From Folioceros fuciformis (lineage: Eukaryota), in the NCBI GenBank assembly GCA_049999805.1, contig JBNGIO010006249.1:339140-373980 (forward strand): a stretch of DNA of 34,841 nucleotides. Reading direction: 5' to 3'. The translations under genes were made by a program, and so were the position numbers. Shown here piece by piece: positions 12,213-23,800 of this stretch. Each line of letters starts with the position of its first letter. Position 1 is the first letter of the stretch. The notes beneath the pieces were generated by a model. It did not search any database, was not told the origin of the DNA, and saw nothing but the letters and a program-made list of their open reading frames with translations.

Positions 12213-12810
12213 GCTCATGAGCACAGCAGGGTGAGCTTAAGTAGGAGCTCATGAGCACAAGGGAGTGAGCTTAAGTAGGAGCTCATGAGCACAACGGGGT
12301 GAGCTTAAGTAGGAGCTCATGAGCACAATGGGGTGAGCTTAAGTAGGAGCTTATGAGCACAATGGGGTGAGCTTAAGTAGAAGCTTATGAGCACAATGGG
12401 GAGAGCATAAGTAGATGCTCAATTATGAGTTCAAGCAGTGTTTACAATGAAATAGCTCTCCATATGTTAGCAAGCCCATGGAATAGCCCTACGTTGGAGA
12501 GAGCTTAAGTAGGAGCTCAATTATAGGCTCAAGTAGTGTTTACAATGAAACAGCCCTCCTAGGAGCTCAATTATAGGCTCAAGTAGTGTTTACAATGAAA
12601 CAGCCCTCCATCTGCTAGCAAGCCCATGAAACAGCCCTCCATCGGTTAACAAGCCCATGGATAGAGGGCAACAGCAAGCCCACAAGTAGAGGGCAACAAC
12701 AAGCCCACATGTAGAGGGCAACAACAAGCCCACATGTAGAGAGCAGCAGCGGACTATGTATAGAGGAGAACATACCATGTATAGAGAGCAACAGACCATG
12801 TATAGAGGGT
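12213..12810. repeat. Minisatellite block: 34-bp unit x6, a duplicated ~40-bp block, and ~22-25-bp units
   Basis: GCTCATGAGCACAATGGGGTGAGCTTAAGTAGGA at 12213, 12247, 12281, 12315, 12349 and 12383. AGCCCACATGTAGAGGGCAACAACA-like and GACCATGTATAGAG-like units follow up to 12810. Confidence 0.9.
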
Positions 12811-12824
12811 AATAGATGGAAAAA

Positions 12825-13002
12825 TATAGAGATGTGCAGTGATTCTTCTTCTATTACAACAGATTGTTTAGATTATATTATTGTTCATGTTCTTATGGTA
12901 GTGCCTGTGAAGAGCTGTAACGGTTGAGCAAGATGTCCCTTCAGGCAGCAAGTGTCGGCTCATTGAATGGCATGAAATGTGTTGTTGGTTGGGTCTTCAT
13001 CA
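12825..13002 (-). repeat. 3' LTR of the copia element (~178 bp); the PPT/LTR junction is tandemly amplified up to 13272
   Basis: Plus strand reads TATAGAGATG...GTCTTCATCA and is followed by CTCCCGCT (PPT complement). The inverted copy at 17728-17737 shows the ancestral TG end. The LTR matches 17744-17862. Confidence 0.85.
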
Positions 13003-16000
13003 CTCCCGCTGAGTTCAAGATGTCCCTTTAGGCAGCAGGTGTCGGCTCATTGAGTGGCATGAAATGTCTTGTTAGTTGGGTCTTCATCAATCCCGCTTAG
13101 TTCAAGATGTCCCTTTAGGCAGCATTGAGTGTCGGCTCACTGAGTGGTTGTTGGTTGGGTCTTCATCACTCCCGCTCAGTTCAAGATGTCCCTTCATGCA
13201 GCAGGTGTCGGCTCATTGAGTGGCATGAGATGTCTTGTTGGTTGGGTCTTCATCACTCCCGCTCAGTTCAAGCCATCTCAAAAATGCTGCTTACTTGCAA
13301 TGTTCACTAATCCTAGGAATATAGTTAGTGATTCATGGCGGATCCTAGGTAGTGACTTCATGAGTAAGTCAACAAGGTTAGATTCTATGGCGACGTAAAC
13401 CATTTTAACAATACTCTTGGCTACCAGCTGCCTGATAAAATGGGAAGCTACTTTGATATGCCTAGTTCTAGCATGAAATCTGCCACCCTCTATAAAAGAG
13501 ATTGCAACTGTGGTATCACAACGTAGGATGGTGGGATCAAACTTATCATAGCCAAGGTCTTTTAAGATCTGCCTTGAATGAATAACCTCCTTTCCAGCTT
13601 TTGTCAGTGCTCCATACTCGCTCTCTACACTAGACAACGAAATGGTAGCAAGCTTCTTGCTTGACCATGAGACTGCTGAGCCACCGAGGGTAAATATGTA
13701 GGCTACAACACTCAGTCGGGAATTAGGATCGGATGCCCAATCCGCATCTGCCCAACCCTCAAAGTTGAGCTTGTCTTCAGTGGATCTCTTGTAAGTAATT
13801 CCAGAGTGAATGGTGCCCTTCAAGTACTGGTAGATCATCTTTACACACATCTAGTGTGCCCTGCCAGGGTTAGGCATAAATTGTGCAACAGCAGACGTGG
13901 CATAAGAGATGTCATAACATGTCCAACCATGGAGCTAGATGAGGCTACCAACAACACTCAGGTATGGCACCTTGGCCATATCCTCCTTTTCAACTTTGGT
14001 AGTGGGGCAATCATCCGTTATGAGCTTCACATTTTAGTTGGAAGCGGAATCAAAGTAGGACAAGCATTTGATAACTTAAACTTGTCCAAAATTTTGAGGA
14101 TGTACTTGGACTGAAGAAGAGTCAACGTACCTACTTCTTTGTGGCATTGAATCTGCACATCAAGGCAAAATTCCAAGGTCTAACATCTCTCATTTGAACT
14201 TGGCAACAAGCATCTCCTTTACGTCTACAAGTAGCTTTTCTGGATCATTGGTGAACATGATGCAATCATCGACATATAGGGCCAGTGGCAGGAATTTTTC
14301 TCCCATTCACAGCAAGTATAAGTTCTAGTCTGCTAAGGTCTTGATAAAGCCAAATTGGGTGAGGCGACCATCAATCAACATATAAAATTCGGTTGGTGCT
14401 TGCTTAAGGCCGTATAGCCCCTTGAGTAGCTTGCAAACCCAAGTAGGTCTCTTGGGATCCACATACATTGGTGGTTGCTCCATATAAATTTCCTCCTTTA
14501 GTGTGGCATAGAGGAAGGCTGTTGAATGTCGAGTTAATGCACATCAAGGTCATGCTCAGCCGCTATTGCCAAGAGGAATCTAACAGATTGAGGGCCACCA
14601 CAGGTGCATAGATATTATCTCCATAGTCGAGGCCAGGCCTTTGACTGTATCTCTTGATCACGAGCCGTGCTTTGAGTCTTTCAGTGGCTCCATTGGACTT
14701 CAGCTTACGTTTGAATGTCCACTTACATTAAATTGCCTTGCGACCAAGAGGGAGTGGGGTGAGCACCCAAGTCTTCAACTCAATTAGGGAGTCATATTCT
14801 TGCTGGATAGCCTTCATCCATCCTTCCTTGTCAGGCAATGCAAGTGCTTCTTCAAGAGCTGTTGGTTCAAGAACCTGAGTTGCACTTTTTACCGTGAGGT
14901 TAACACAAGTGTCGATCTCAGTACTTGTCTCTACATGTGCATTCTCCGTTTTAGGAGCAATAGGGACCATATCTGCTGGAATAGGTTGTTGTGTGGCAGG
15001 ATCAAGAACATAGTAGTCATCAAGATAAGCAAGACGACGGCGAGCTCTTGTGGATTGGCACCTATCAGGCATGGCAGCTTGAGGAACTGGGTCTTGACTT
15101 GAATCGGCGGCTAGAGGGAGCAATGGACCAATTGGAGCAGTAGGTGGGTGCCCTGGTAGCTGCACAGCTTGGGGAGTTGGGGTAGCTTCGTGCAACGGCG
15201 AAGGTTTAGTGATGGGAATCTCAATTACAACCATTTGCTCCTCCTCATTGCGAAAGGGGTCGTCGAGGTTAGGATAGAAGCCAATAATACTCCCACTGCC
15301 TCCTGGAGCATCAAGATGCTTGCGGAAGTAGATGCTTCGAGAAATGGTGATTTGGTGTGAGGTTGGGTGGACAAGTTTGTAGCCTTTCACGCCATGAATG
15401 TAACCAACAAATATTAGCTTCTGTGCTCGAGCGTCAAATTTTCCAGTCTTGGGGTTGTGAAGTTGAGAGCGCTTCTCCTTCAGAATCCAAGAGTAGGTAT
15501 CAACCCCAAACATTCAAAGATGAGTAAGAGGGGGCATGTGTTCGGTCCAAGCCTCAAAGGAGGTTTGTGTCGGAAGAGCAGAGGTAGGCAGTTGGTTTAG
15601 CAAATGTGTTGGAACAGAGACAGCCTCGGCCCAATACCCACGTGACAAGGCGACATGTGAGAGCATGGCCTTGACCATCTCCTGAAGCCTTCATTTGCAG
15701 TTCTCTACAACACCATTTTGCACATGGGTATGGGACGGTGACTTGTCGAGTGATGCCTCATTCTATAAGAGAAGGGGTGAATTCACCAGAGAAGAACTCA
15801 CCTCCTCCATCCAAGCATACGCACTTAAGCTTATAGCCAGTCTGCAGTTCAACCATTGCGTGGAACTCCTTAAACTTGGTGAAGGATTCACTCTTGAGCT
15901 GGAGAAAGTAGGTGTGGATCATACGAGACTTGTCGTCATTAACAGGCATTAAATAAGAAGCTCCTCCAAACGAATGTGTGGACATGGGTCCACAAAGATC

Positions 16001-17589
16001 AATGTGCACCAACTCAAGGAGCTCGATGGCACGGTGAGAGGAAGTACGGGGTATGGCACTTCCTTACTTTTTCCTAGTAGACAGCTTTCACAGAAGAGGG
16101 AGTCACTGAATTCAGGAAGGGGTTCGGCATAAAAGCTGGCTAGCTTGCATTTCTTTTATCCGTTCAAGCTGGGGTGACCTAAGTGTAGGTGCCAAAGCTT
16201 GGCTATCTCTACCTTAGTTAAAGTCCGAGCTAGGTGAGCTGATCCTAGAAGTGAGGACTTCCAAAAGTTAGAGCCTGTCTTCCTTTGATCCATGGAGGTG
16301 ACATCAACGGGATTGTTATAGGGACAAATCTCACATGTTTGAGCTTTGAAGTGAATCTCATATTGTTGGTTGTCCATCAGAGTGCTCACAGATACCAGGT
16401 TCTTGCTAATTGTAGGCACATGGAGCACATCTAAGAGAGATATCATACCTCCAATTCTGCACTGAAGAATAACTGTGCTTGTGCCAATTAATTTTGCGGA
16501 CCTATTGTCAGCCACATAAATCGATCCTCCACAATGTAGGATTCAATAGGTGCTAAAACAATTGCGGTTTTTGCAGACTGAGCTAACGCACCATTGTTCA
16601 AGTACTAGGAAGAGCAACGTCCAAAGGTGGTGGTCAACGTGATGATCAAAATTGTAGGCGGTCTTTGTACAAGGTGGGCATTTGGGGGACCTTGTCTCCT
16701 TGGTTCACCTGCTTGCTTACTATGGCACTCTCGTTCATATTGCCCTGGCTTCCTGCACTAGTTACAATTCCCCTTACGATGAGGGTTAGCAAGGCCTGAC
16801 TGGGAAGAACCTTCCCCTCCCTTCCTACTTTGCCAGTTCTTGTTTCACATCTGTCTTTGTCCGTTGGGCCGTGAGGTGAAGGGAGCTTGCACTAGGGGTT
16901 CCCTCCTGGAGGAACCCATAGCAGAGTCCTCATCGATTATTGTAGTGATGAACTCCAAGAGGGTCATAAGTTCTTCTAGCTTGTGCTTCTTCGCCTGTGC
17001 AGACTGCTTCATGAGGCCGTTCTGGGTTGCGACAAATGTGCACCAGCTTGCCGGCAGGGTCATCAACAGGGCTATTACCACCTGATCCTCTATTAAGACG
17101 GTCCCGCAGGAGGCCAGTCTTGCTCTCAAAAGTGCGGAAGGTGCTAAGATGTGCCTGGATGCTTTCCCCGTCCATACATTTAAGGTTGTGGAAGTTCCTT
17201 ACGGCAGTGGTAGAGTGCTGAGCATCAGTGGCTTCAAACATTTGTTTGAAGCGGTCACAGATGGCTTGTGCCGTCAAGGCACCAAAGGTATGATGAACCA
17301 TATCTTTATCAAGCGTGGCAATTAATAGATTAAGGGATCTTCTGTCGGATTTGATCCATTGATCATAGTTTGGGGTTCCTGAAGCAGGGCAAGGCACCGA
17401 TCCATTGACTATTGTCCATAGGTCTGCATCCTCAAGGTGTCCCTACATCCGGGTGGCTTAGACGTCGTAGTCTACCCCCGTGAATCTATCTCTTTCCTTT
17501 ATTTCGATGCGGAGGTTAGCAAAGTATTAGGCAATAGGCTTTATAGCGGCAGCACCACCACCAACGATAGCACCTGCACCATCTGCAAC

Positions 17590-17862
17590 ATTATTGTTCA
17601 TGTTCTTATGGCAGTGTTTATGAAGAGGTGTGACTGTTGATCAAGATATATGTTCAGGCATTGCCATAAAAACATGAACAGTAATGTAATCTAAAAAAAT
17701 TGTTGTAATGGAAGAAGAATCACTACGCATCTCTACATTACGATTCATGTTCTTATGGTAGTGCCTATGAAGAGGTGTGACAGTTGAGTAAGATGTATGT
17801 TCAGGCAACAGGTGTCGATTCACTAAGTGGCATGAGCTGTATTGTTGGCTGGGTCTTCATCA
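17590..17862 (-). repeat. Rearranged 5' LTR of the copia element
   Basis: Forward LTR fragment 17590-17660, inverted LTR end 17657-17737, forward fragment 17744-17862 ending CTTCATCA. Confidence 0.85.
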
Positions 17863-18934
17863 ATAAACTGTGTATAAAGGGCAATAGACCATGTATAGAT
17901 GGTGATGGATGGAGCCCCCAAATGGTGAATCAATCCCGACTCGATTTGCCCAACATCTTTAGTCACGTAACTCGGCACTCTCGTCTCATTTCTTTGAGTA
18001 TTCTTCTTCGTTTCTTGCGGGGGTTGCTCATTCCTTTATGTGTTCTTCTTTATTTCTTGTCAAGTTGCTCCTAATTTTTGAGTTTTTGGCTAAGGATGAA
18101 GTTAAAGTTCTTTTCCTGTTACCCCTTGTATCAAGATATTCGCATAATGATTTTCTAAGTTAATATCATAGTACATAAGGATGATATGTTATCAAGTAAT
18201 GTAATGACTAAGCAGGTAGTTTAGTGGTTGATGTTACAAGACCAAGACTAGTGGTTTTAGGATTTGGCGGAAAGCACCTAGTAGTAAGCAAGAAGTTTGA
18301 GAGAGGTCGCACATGCAAGGATGGAAAATGCTATCATCTTCAGTGAGAAGTAGAAGTGGCAATATCCAATGACTTATACAATTGTCCTGATTTTGGTTGA
18401 GCAACTTTGCCCCTTTCTTATTTGTAGTTCTCCAATAACTCCAATCCAACTTGAGAAAGTTGTTGTAATAGTGTTTTTTAAGAGGGTGGCTCCCATACAA
18501 AGTGGAGGTGAACGGGTGTAGGTGTGGTTTCTATCTTGAGATACCACACCTACACTTGCTCAAATGCATTTTGTTATACACCATTAAGAAGATCTTTGAA
18601 CAAGCTTTCTTTGAACTTCTTGTTTGCGATTTTCTACTGAGATTGGATTGAGTTATTCATATTCAAATTTTTTATAGTTTTATAGCACATGAACATCAAT
18701 GTAGGAACATTAAAAACTGGCCATGTATTTAGCTAGTTGGTAGATATGAAGAGCTAAGGAGAAGGAGAGCTAGGTCTTGCCCTCTTTGATGCCTACACAA
18801 CCAACTCAACAATTTTGAGCTATGTATATTATTGAAGCTATGCTACTCTACAATTTTGAGCTGTGTATATTATTGGAGCTATGCTACTCTAGTATTATGC
18901 TCTAGCCCTATCTTTTTTTATGTTTGCAAATTAT

Positions 18935-19596
18935 CTATACCTTTATAGACTCTATCTTGGCATACACCTCAGCAAACTTAGATATGTTGTTTGCTATCCT
19001 GTGAGTCTTGATTCCATCAAACTTGTGCTTCCCATTCTTGGCCTTTCTAGAGGTTATGCCTTTAAGCTTGGTTACCTCTATAATAGGAGAGTCATATGAG
19101 TCTTCGTTGAAAGATAGTATTGCCATAAGAATGGTTGGTGTAGCTGGGGCATAATGGCATGACTCTTTGGCTTGGCATTAAGGACTTTAGTATCCTGTTG
19201 AGGTAGACCTACTTATCTTATGCAACAATTTGAAAAACTCAGATCCATAAAGCCAAGGTCATGAGAGATAGGAATTTCCCATAACTTTTGGTTATCATTC
19301 ATGAATGCATCCATGGTTTCCCGGAACATCCAATCACAAACATACATGGTTGTTATGAGCTTTTTAGCCCCTACCTTGTACTACCACTTCAAGTTGTCCA
19401 TTTTATTTCTGCACTAAATGCTTGTAGGCTGGCAAGGGAGGGATAAGGGAGAAATTTTCGGCACAATTTGCTCATAGTGATATATTGCTAAATTTCCCCA
19501 CGCGAGGTGTTCTACATACATTTCTTCAAAGGTCAAAATCAAAGCAAACTTGTCATGTGCTGTCCATGCACTGTGTTTCACCTTGGGCCTCACCAC
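18935..19596 (-). pseudogene. Trihelix (Myb/SANT-like) pseudogene: ASIL/SIP1-like factor or PIF/Harbinger ORF1
   Basis: Reading through stops gives SAWTAHDKFALI..F.E...GNL..HYEQI...TSI*CRNKMDNLKW*YK...CDWMFRETMDAFM. The C-terminal IANNISKFAEVYAKIESIK resembles the SIP1-clade coiled coil. Confidence 0.7.
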
Positions 19597-19799
19597 AATT
19601 GTTGGAGGTGAACTTGTTTACATTGAAACAAAGACACTTATGAATAGAGAAGGGTGAATGAAGAAAAACAAGACTCAAACCCAAACTTATTTAAGTTATT
19701 GCGGTCCATTGCCTAGATTGTTGAAATTAAAATTTGCAAGTAACACATGCTAATTGAGATTTTTAAGCAAAAAGCAAATAGCTTTGAGTGGAGACAAAT

Positions 19800-20830
19800 T
19801 TTCTCTAGACAATATAGTGAGCCTACTCAACACTTGAAATCAAGTGAGATACACTCTAGTGTTGTGTCATGATAGTTGAATGTAATTAGAGTTGAGAACT
19901 AGGCTCTTGTAGAATGAATAGACGAGATCCACGGCAGCTCATCACTTCTTTATTTGTTGCAAGGAAGAAGGTGTTACTAAGTTGATATCACAACCTTACC
20001 TATTTCTTTGAGTGACATTAAAGTACCTAGATCGTCCATCAAAGTTCTAGAGGATGGTTTCTATAAGAGGTTTCCATTAATCTTCCATTCCAATTACTAG
20101 AAGAGAAGCATGGTAAGAAGATGTCACATAACGACACAAGAGGCCCCTGTAGTGAGGAGTTAGTATCGGGAGACACTAATAGTCGCCTTATATGAAGTTG
20201 TACTAGAGTTGAGAGCATCTAGAAAAGAGGCAAGGAAAAATAAAGAGTCCACATCTGCACAAAGTGAAGAATCTATATATAGAGAATAGAGATGCTTGTC
20301 ACATTTTTGAAGTACTTCCAAAGGCAAACTTGAAGTTGGCTGTACGAGATAAGTATAAGGGAGAGGGAGAACTATAAACTAATGAGTCTTAGATCTACTC
20401 TATCAAAACTTATCTTGCCTTGGCAACGGTTTTCATTCTGCTCTAAGGTTATGCTCTAGCATGATAGCAGAGTTATTTACATTTGCTTATGTGTGTTAGG
20501 CCAATTGAGCACAAACCATCAAAGATAAGGCATCTTTCAAGGAAGCCCTTAAGAAGTAATTCCAGACTACGAATGCTTCATGTTAGAGCTGAAAATTGCT
20601 TAACAATTTCAAGGAGAGAGAGATTGTATGAGAATATATAAGTGCCTTTGAAGCTATCATGCATTGTCCCACACTGAGTAAAGATGATAAGTTACATTGC
20701 TCCATGGTTGGTTTGAAAGAACTAGATTGCTAAAAGAATTGAGTTGTATAGTCCAAGGACTTTGGGAGAGGCCATAAGTGCAACAAATGCCATCCTAGAT
20801 ACCTGTTATTCAACCATATCCGACATCTTA
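19800..20830 (+). mobile_element. Highly decayed Ty3/gypsy 5' fragment (LTR end, PBS, gag)
   Basis: GTGTTAC is followed by TGATATCACAACC at 19983, a 10/13 match to the tRNA-iMet PBS TGGTATCAGAGCC. Gag remnants L*GYALA**QSY, FKEALKK*F, MVGLK and IELYSPRTLGEAISA. The left boundary is approximate. Confidence 0.65.
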
Positions 20831-21410
20831 AGAAGATTTCAAGGCAATATATGTAAACGGTATGCTAAAAACATTGGTTCAAGTACAATTGTAGATAACA
20901 ACTTTAGAGATAACTTCCATGGAAGAAATCGAAGAACACACAATGGGTGCTGAGCTTATAGAATAGTTACAATTGATTCTTACACACAAGACTAGTATTC
21001 ATAAGAACCAGAATAGATGGAAACTCTACCAAAAAAAAAACTTCCATGAAAGAAATCAAAGAACGCACAATGGGTGTGGAGCTTCTATATAAATTCTAAA
21101 TCTCTTGCGCTCCAGCCTGAAGGCATTCAAGTAATAATTAATTTTAATTAATATTGAATACTATGATACGTAGGCTGCTTAAATATTTCATGATCGAAAC
21201 AAGGGCTTCGTACCATCTAGCTCTGTATAAAATGAATAAAATCAATCCATAGCTGGTGGAAAACTCCGTCTTCTGATCCATAATGGAAACCCCTGTCTTC
21301 TGGTCGGATGAAGAGTGTAAAGTTGAACCGGTTTCACTGTCCCCAGTTGTTATAGCGTTTGAGCTAGGTTTGATGTGTTTGGGTGGCACCTGGGCCAGCA
21401 GACGGCAAAG

Positions 21411-21581
21411 ATGGCGGCGGTGGTAAGCAGGGGAACTGCCCAGGCGGTGGTGGCAGTGTGCGTGGCGCTGCCGGCGGTTGCCCTGACGCTCAGGTTTTTG
21501 ACTGCTAAGCCGCCTGCTCCACAAGGTGTGGATGATAACACACTCCCTCCGCATGCTCCCCCACCTGTGCATGCACGATGA
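21411..21581 (+). CDS. Putative 56-aa small protein with a signal-anchor/TM segment and Pro-rich tail; may be exon 1 of a spliced gene
   Basis: Strong plant initiation context AAAG-ATG-GCG in a GC-rich island. Hydrophobic stretch AVVAVCVALPAVALTLRFL. No family recognised. Confidence 0.4.
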   Translation: MAAVVSRGTAQAVVAVCVALPAVALTLRFLTAKPPAPQGVDDNTLPPHAPPPVHAR

Positions 21582-22199
21582 GGTTCCTGGAGCATCGAAG
21601 GAGGGCTGAGTGGCGTTTGTTGCATCGTAAGAGAGGTTTGTGTTGGTGTCACGCATTTCTGCATGTTCAGCAGGCTTCACTTGGCCTTGGCAGCTTCTGA
21701 CAGTGCCGTTTGGTCATGTTGGCTCGCAAGTCTCTGTCTGGGTAAGCGCTACATCTGTCTCACTGTGGAGTAATCGATTCCTTTGCAGGCAGATGGTTAT
21801 GTGTCCAGACTCTCATACACCGTTTGTCACCTGGGTAGGTGAGGTAACATGTGCTGCAATGCTACGTATCACCGGTTCGGTCACCTGTGTCAAAAGTTGG
21901 GCTTACACGAGGCGAGAGATCAGCGATTTGCTTGGAATTCTCGTACTTCTTGCCGTTCGGCTGCACATGTTTCCTGTACAGTGCTCCAAATTGGAGCAAG
22001 TCCTCAAACCCTTTGGGGCTTAGTTATTTCCTAGGACGTGGTGCATGGAGTTAGTCACGAGTTTCACAACGACTTTGTTATGACAACTTCCGTTACTGGC
22101 GTCTGAAAGTTGCCCTGACTTGACACGGTTCTTTGGAGGTTAGGCGTGTGGTTGATAAGCCACCTGAGCTCTTGTTTATTTTTGGTTGCTTGACTTTAT

Positions 22200-23800
22200 G
22201 GGCTAAGTGGTGCTTCTGACTCAAAGCGTTTGCACGACAGGACTCGATCCGTCTTCCATGGGCCAGTGTGTGGTGTCGCACAAATCGATGATTACAATCC
22301 CGTTTCCGGCAACCGTCCTGTCAGCGGGCTTCACGTTCCGAAGGTCTCTTGTGCCAGTGTCGTTGTAAAGAATGCGCCAGGTACACCAACTAGAGCTGAC
22401 TTGAAATCGACCTTACTTGTCCGCTCTTAGGACCCATGAGTCTTGCAGAGAGCAGTCACAAATCCGTAGTGATACAAATGTTCCCAAGCACAAGCTCCAG
22501 GTCAAGTTCCTGGAGAGGTGAGGATTTCACACCGACAGATTACTGTAGTGTCCGTGCGATCACAGTTCACTGTATTGATGTGTATGTCATATCTAACCTA
22601 CTTGCCTTCCGTCTATAAGACCTATCGAAACACGGCAATCAAGGAATGCCAAAGTTGCTGCCAAACTTATTTTTCGAAAAGTATCCAAGTAAATCATGAG
22701 CAGTCTGGGACTGGACTCGTGGAAGTAGTGGTCGTTGATTGTGTTCCTCGAGCTCATTCCAACGGTGAGCTACCAAAACGACCGGTTGTCCGACAGTTGC
22801 GGCAAGGCAATTTCTACTCGTGGGGACTGGGCCTTCTGCCACGCAACTGAAAACCTCCCGTCAAACTTCATCACGTTGGATGACTGTCCGCAGATTAGGA
22901 GTTCTCTCGTCTGAGCGGAAAATCGGCTGCTTTTGATAACCTGCGAGCTTCCCGGTCCTGCAAATCGTGTGAAAGTGAACATGAGTGTCATAAGTCAGAA
23001 GTCGATGAATCACCTGAGGCATCACCAATGCGATCAGAGCGAAAGAGCCCTTACCTGAAGCTTACTGTGAATGTGTTTGGATGAAGATCATTCACCTCGA
23101 ACGAAAATGCGCTCAAGATGTTGTAAGAAGTATTGACGAGTGAAGGATATGGCAAGCCAGCTTCATGATCACCATTCCTGTAGGTGATCCAGTTCTCATT
23201 CTCGCTAATACGCGCAGTCCAGCCAAGGCAAGTCAACAATGGGAACAAGAGGTCGTGATCCTTCAACTTGAAGTCGCTGTTGGATAACAGCAGGCAAGCT
23301 TTCGATATCTTCACTAAACCGATCCTGATAAGAAGTTCTTTCAACACCAACTCCCACCATACTTTCTTCAACCTCATCGCTTTCGCCTTCATCGGGCCTG
23401 GCGACGAAAACTGACTCTTGATACGCTGACAGTGTGCGCCGCAACAAAATATACGAGCTTCTAGCCTGCCACACAGGAGTGTAATGTTTGTGAGTCTGCT
23501 GATCTACTGTGCAGGAAACAGTTGATGAGGACATTAACGCTGCTAGCTACACAGCTCCTACCAAACACGCTAAAACCGCAGGAAGCTCGGTAAACCTTCA
23601 ATTCTGGAGCCTAGACCTCAAAACAAACTCGCAGTGTGCTGCCTGGGAAGCAGTTGCAGGATGATCTCGCCGCACCTCCAATCCAATGACTCTATGCGCT
23701 ATGCGCGTGCCTCGCCCGCCTCCACTGGAGCTCGTGAACAAGCCACTCCAAAGCAACAGCCAAGAATTGCTGCACACGAGAGGTGCCGTGTCGCATCGGC
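22200..23800 (-). other. Possible spliced non-coding transcript or pseudogene
   Basis: Genic base composition with good minus-strand splice signals: CAG|GTAAG at ~23054, TTTGCAG at ~22958 and CTCTCCAG at ~22510. No long spliced ORF could be assembled. Confidence 0.3.

Larger units (their letters stand above)
12825..17862 (-). mobile_element. Full-length but degenerate Ty1/copia LTR retrotransposon (~5.0 kb)
   Basis: Minus-strand order: gag (FTGVDYDV*ATRM*GHLEDADLWTIVNG; decayed CCHC knuckle ~16730-16770), protease (*YLNNGA ~16600), integrase (LVHIDLCGPM; GKFDARA..LIFVGY), RT (LYVDD ~14270) and RNase H (GWADADWA, SSVESEY, HARTRHI). Short LTRs, PPT AGCGGGAG, and a 5-bp flank pair AAAAA/ATAAA. 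Many stops and frameshifts. Confidence 0.95.

Noticed and set aside
22225-22400. Kinase-like fragment (RDLRNVKPA...IVIIDL) on the minus strand
   Set aside because: The resemblance is too weak; there is no intact HRD or DFG motif and no other kinase subdomain.
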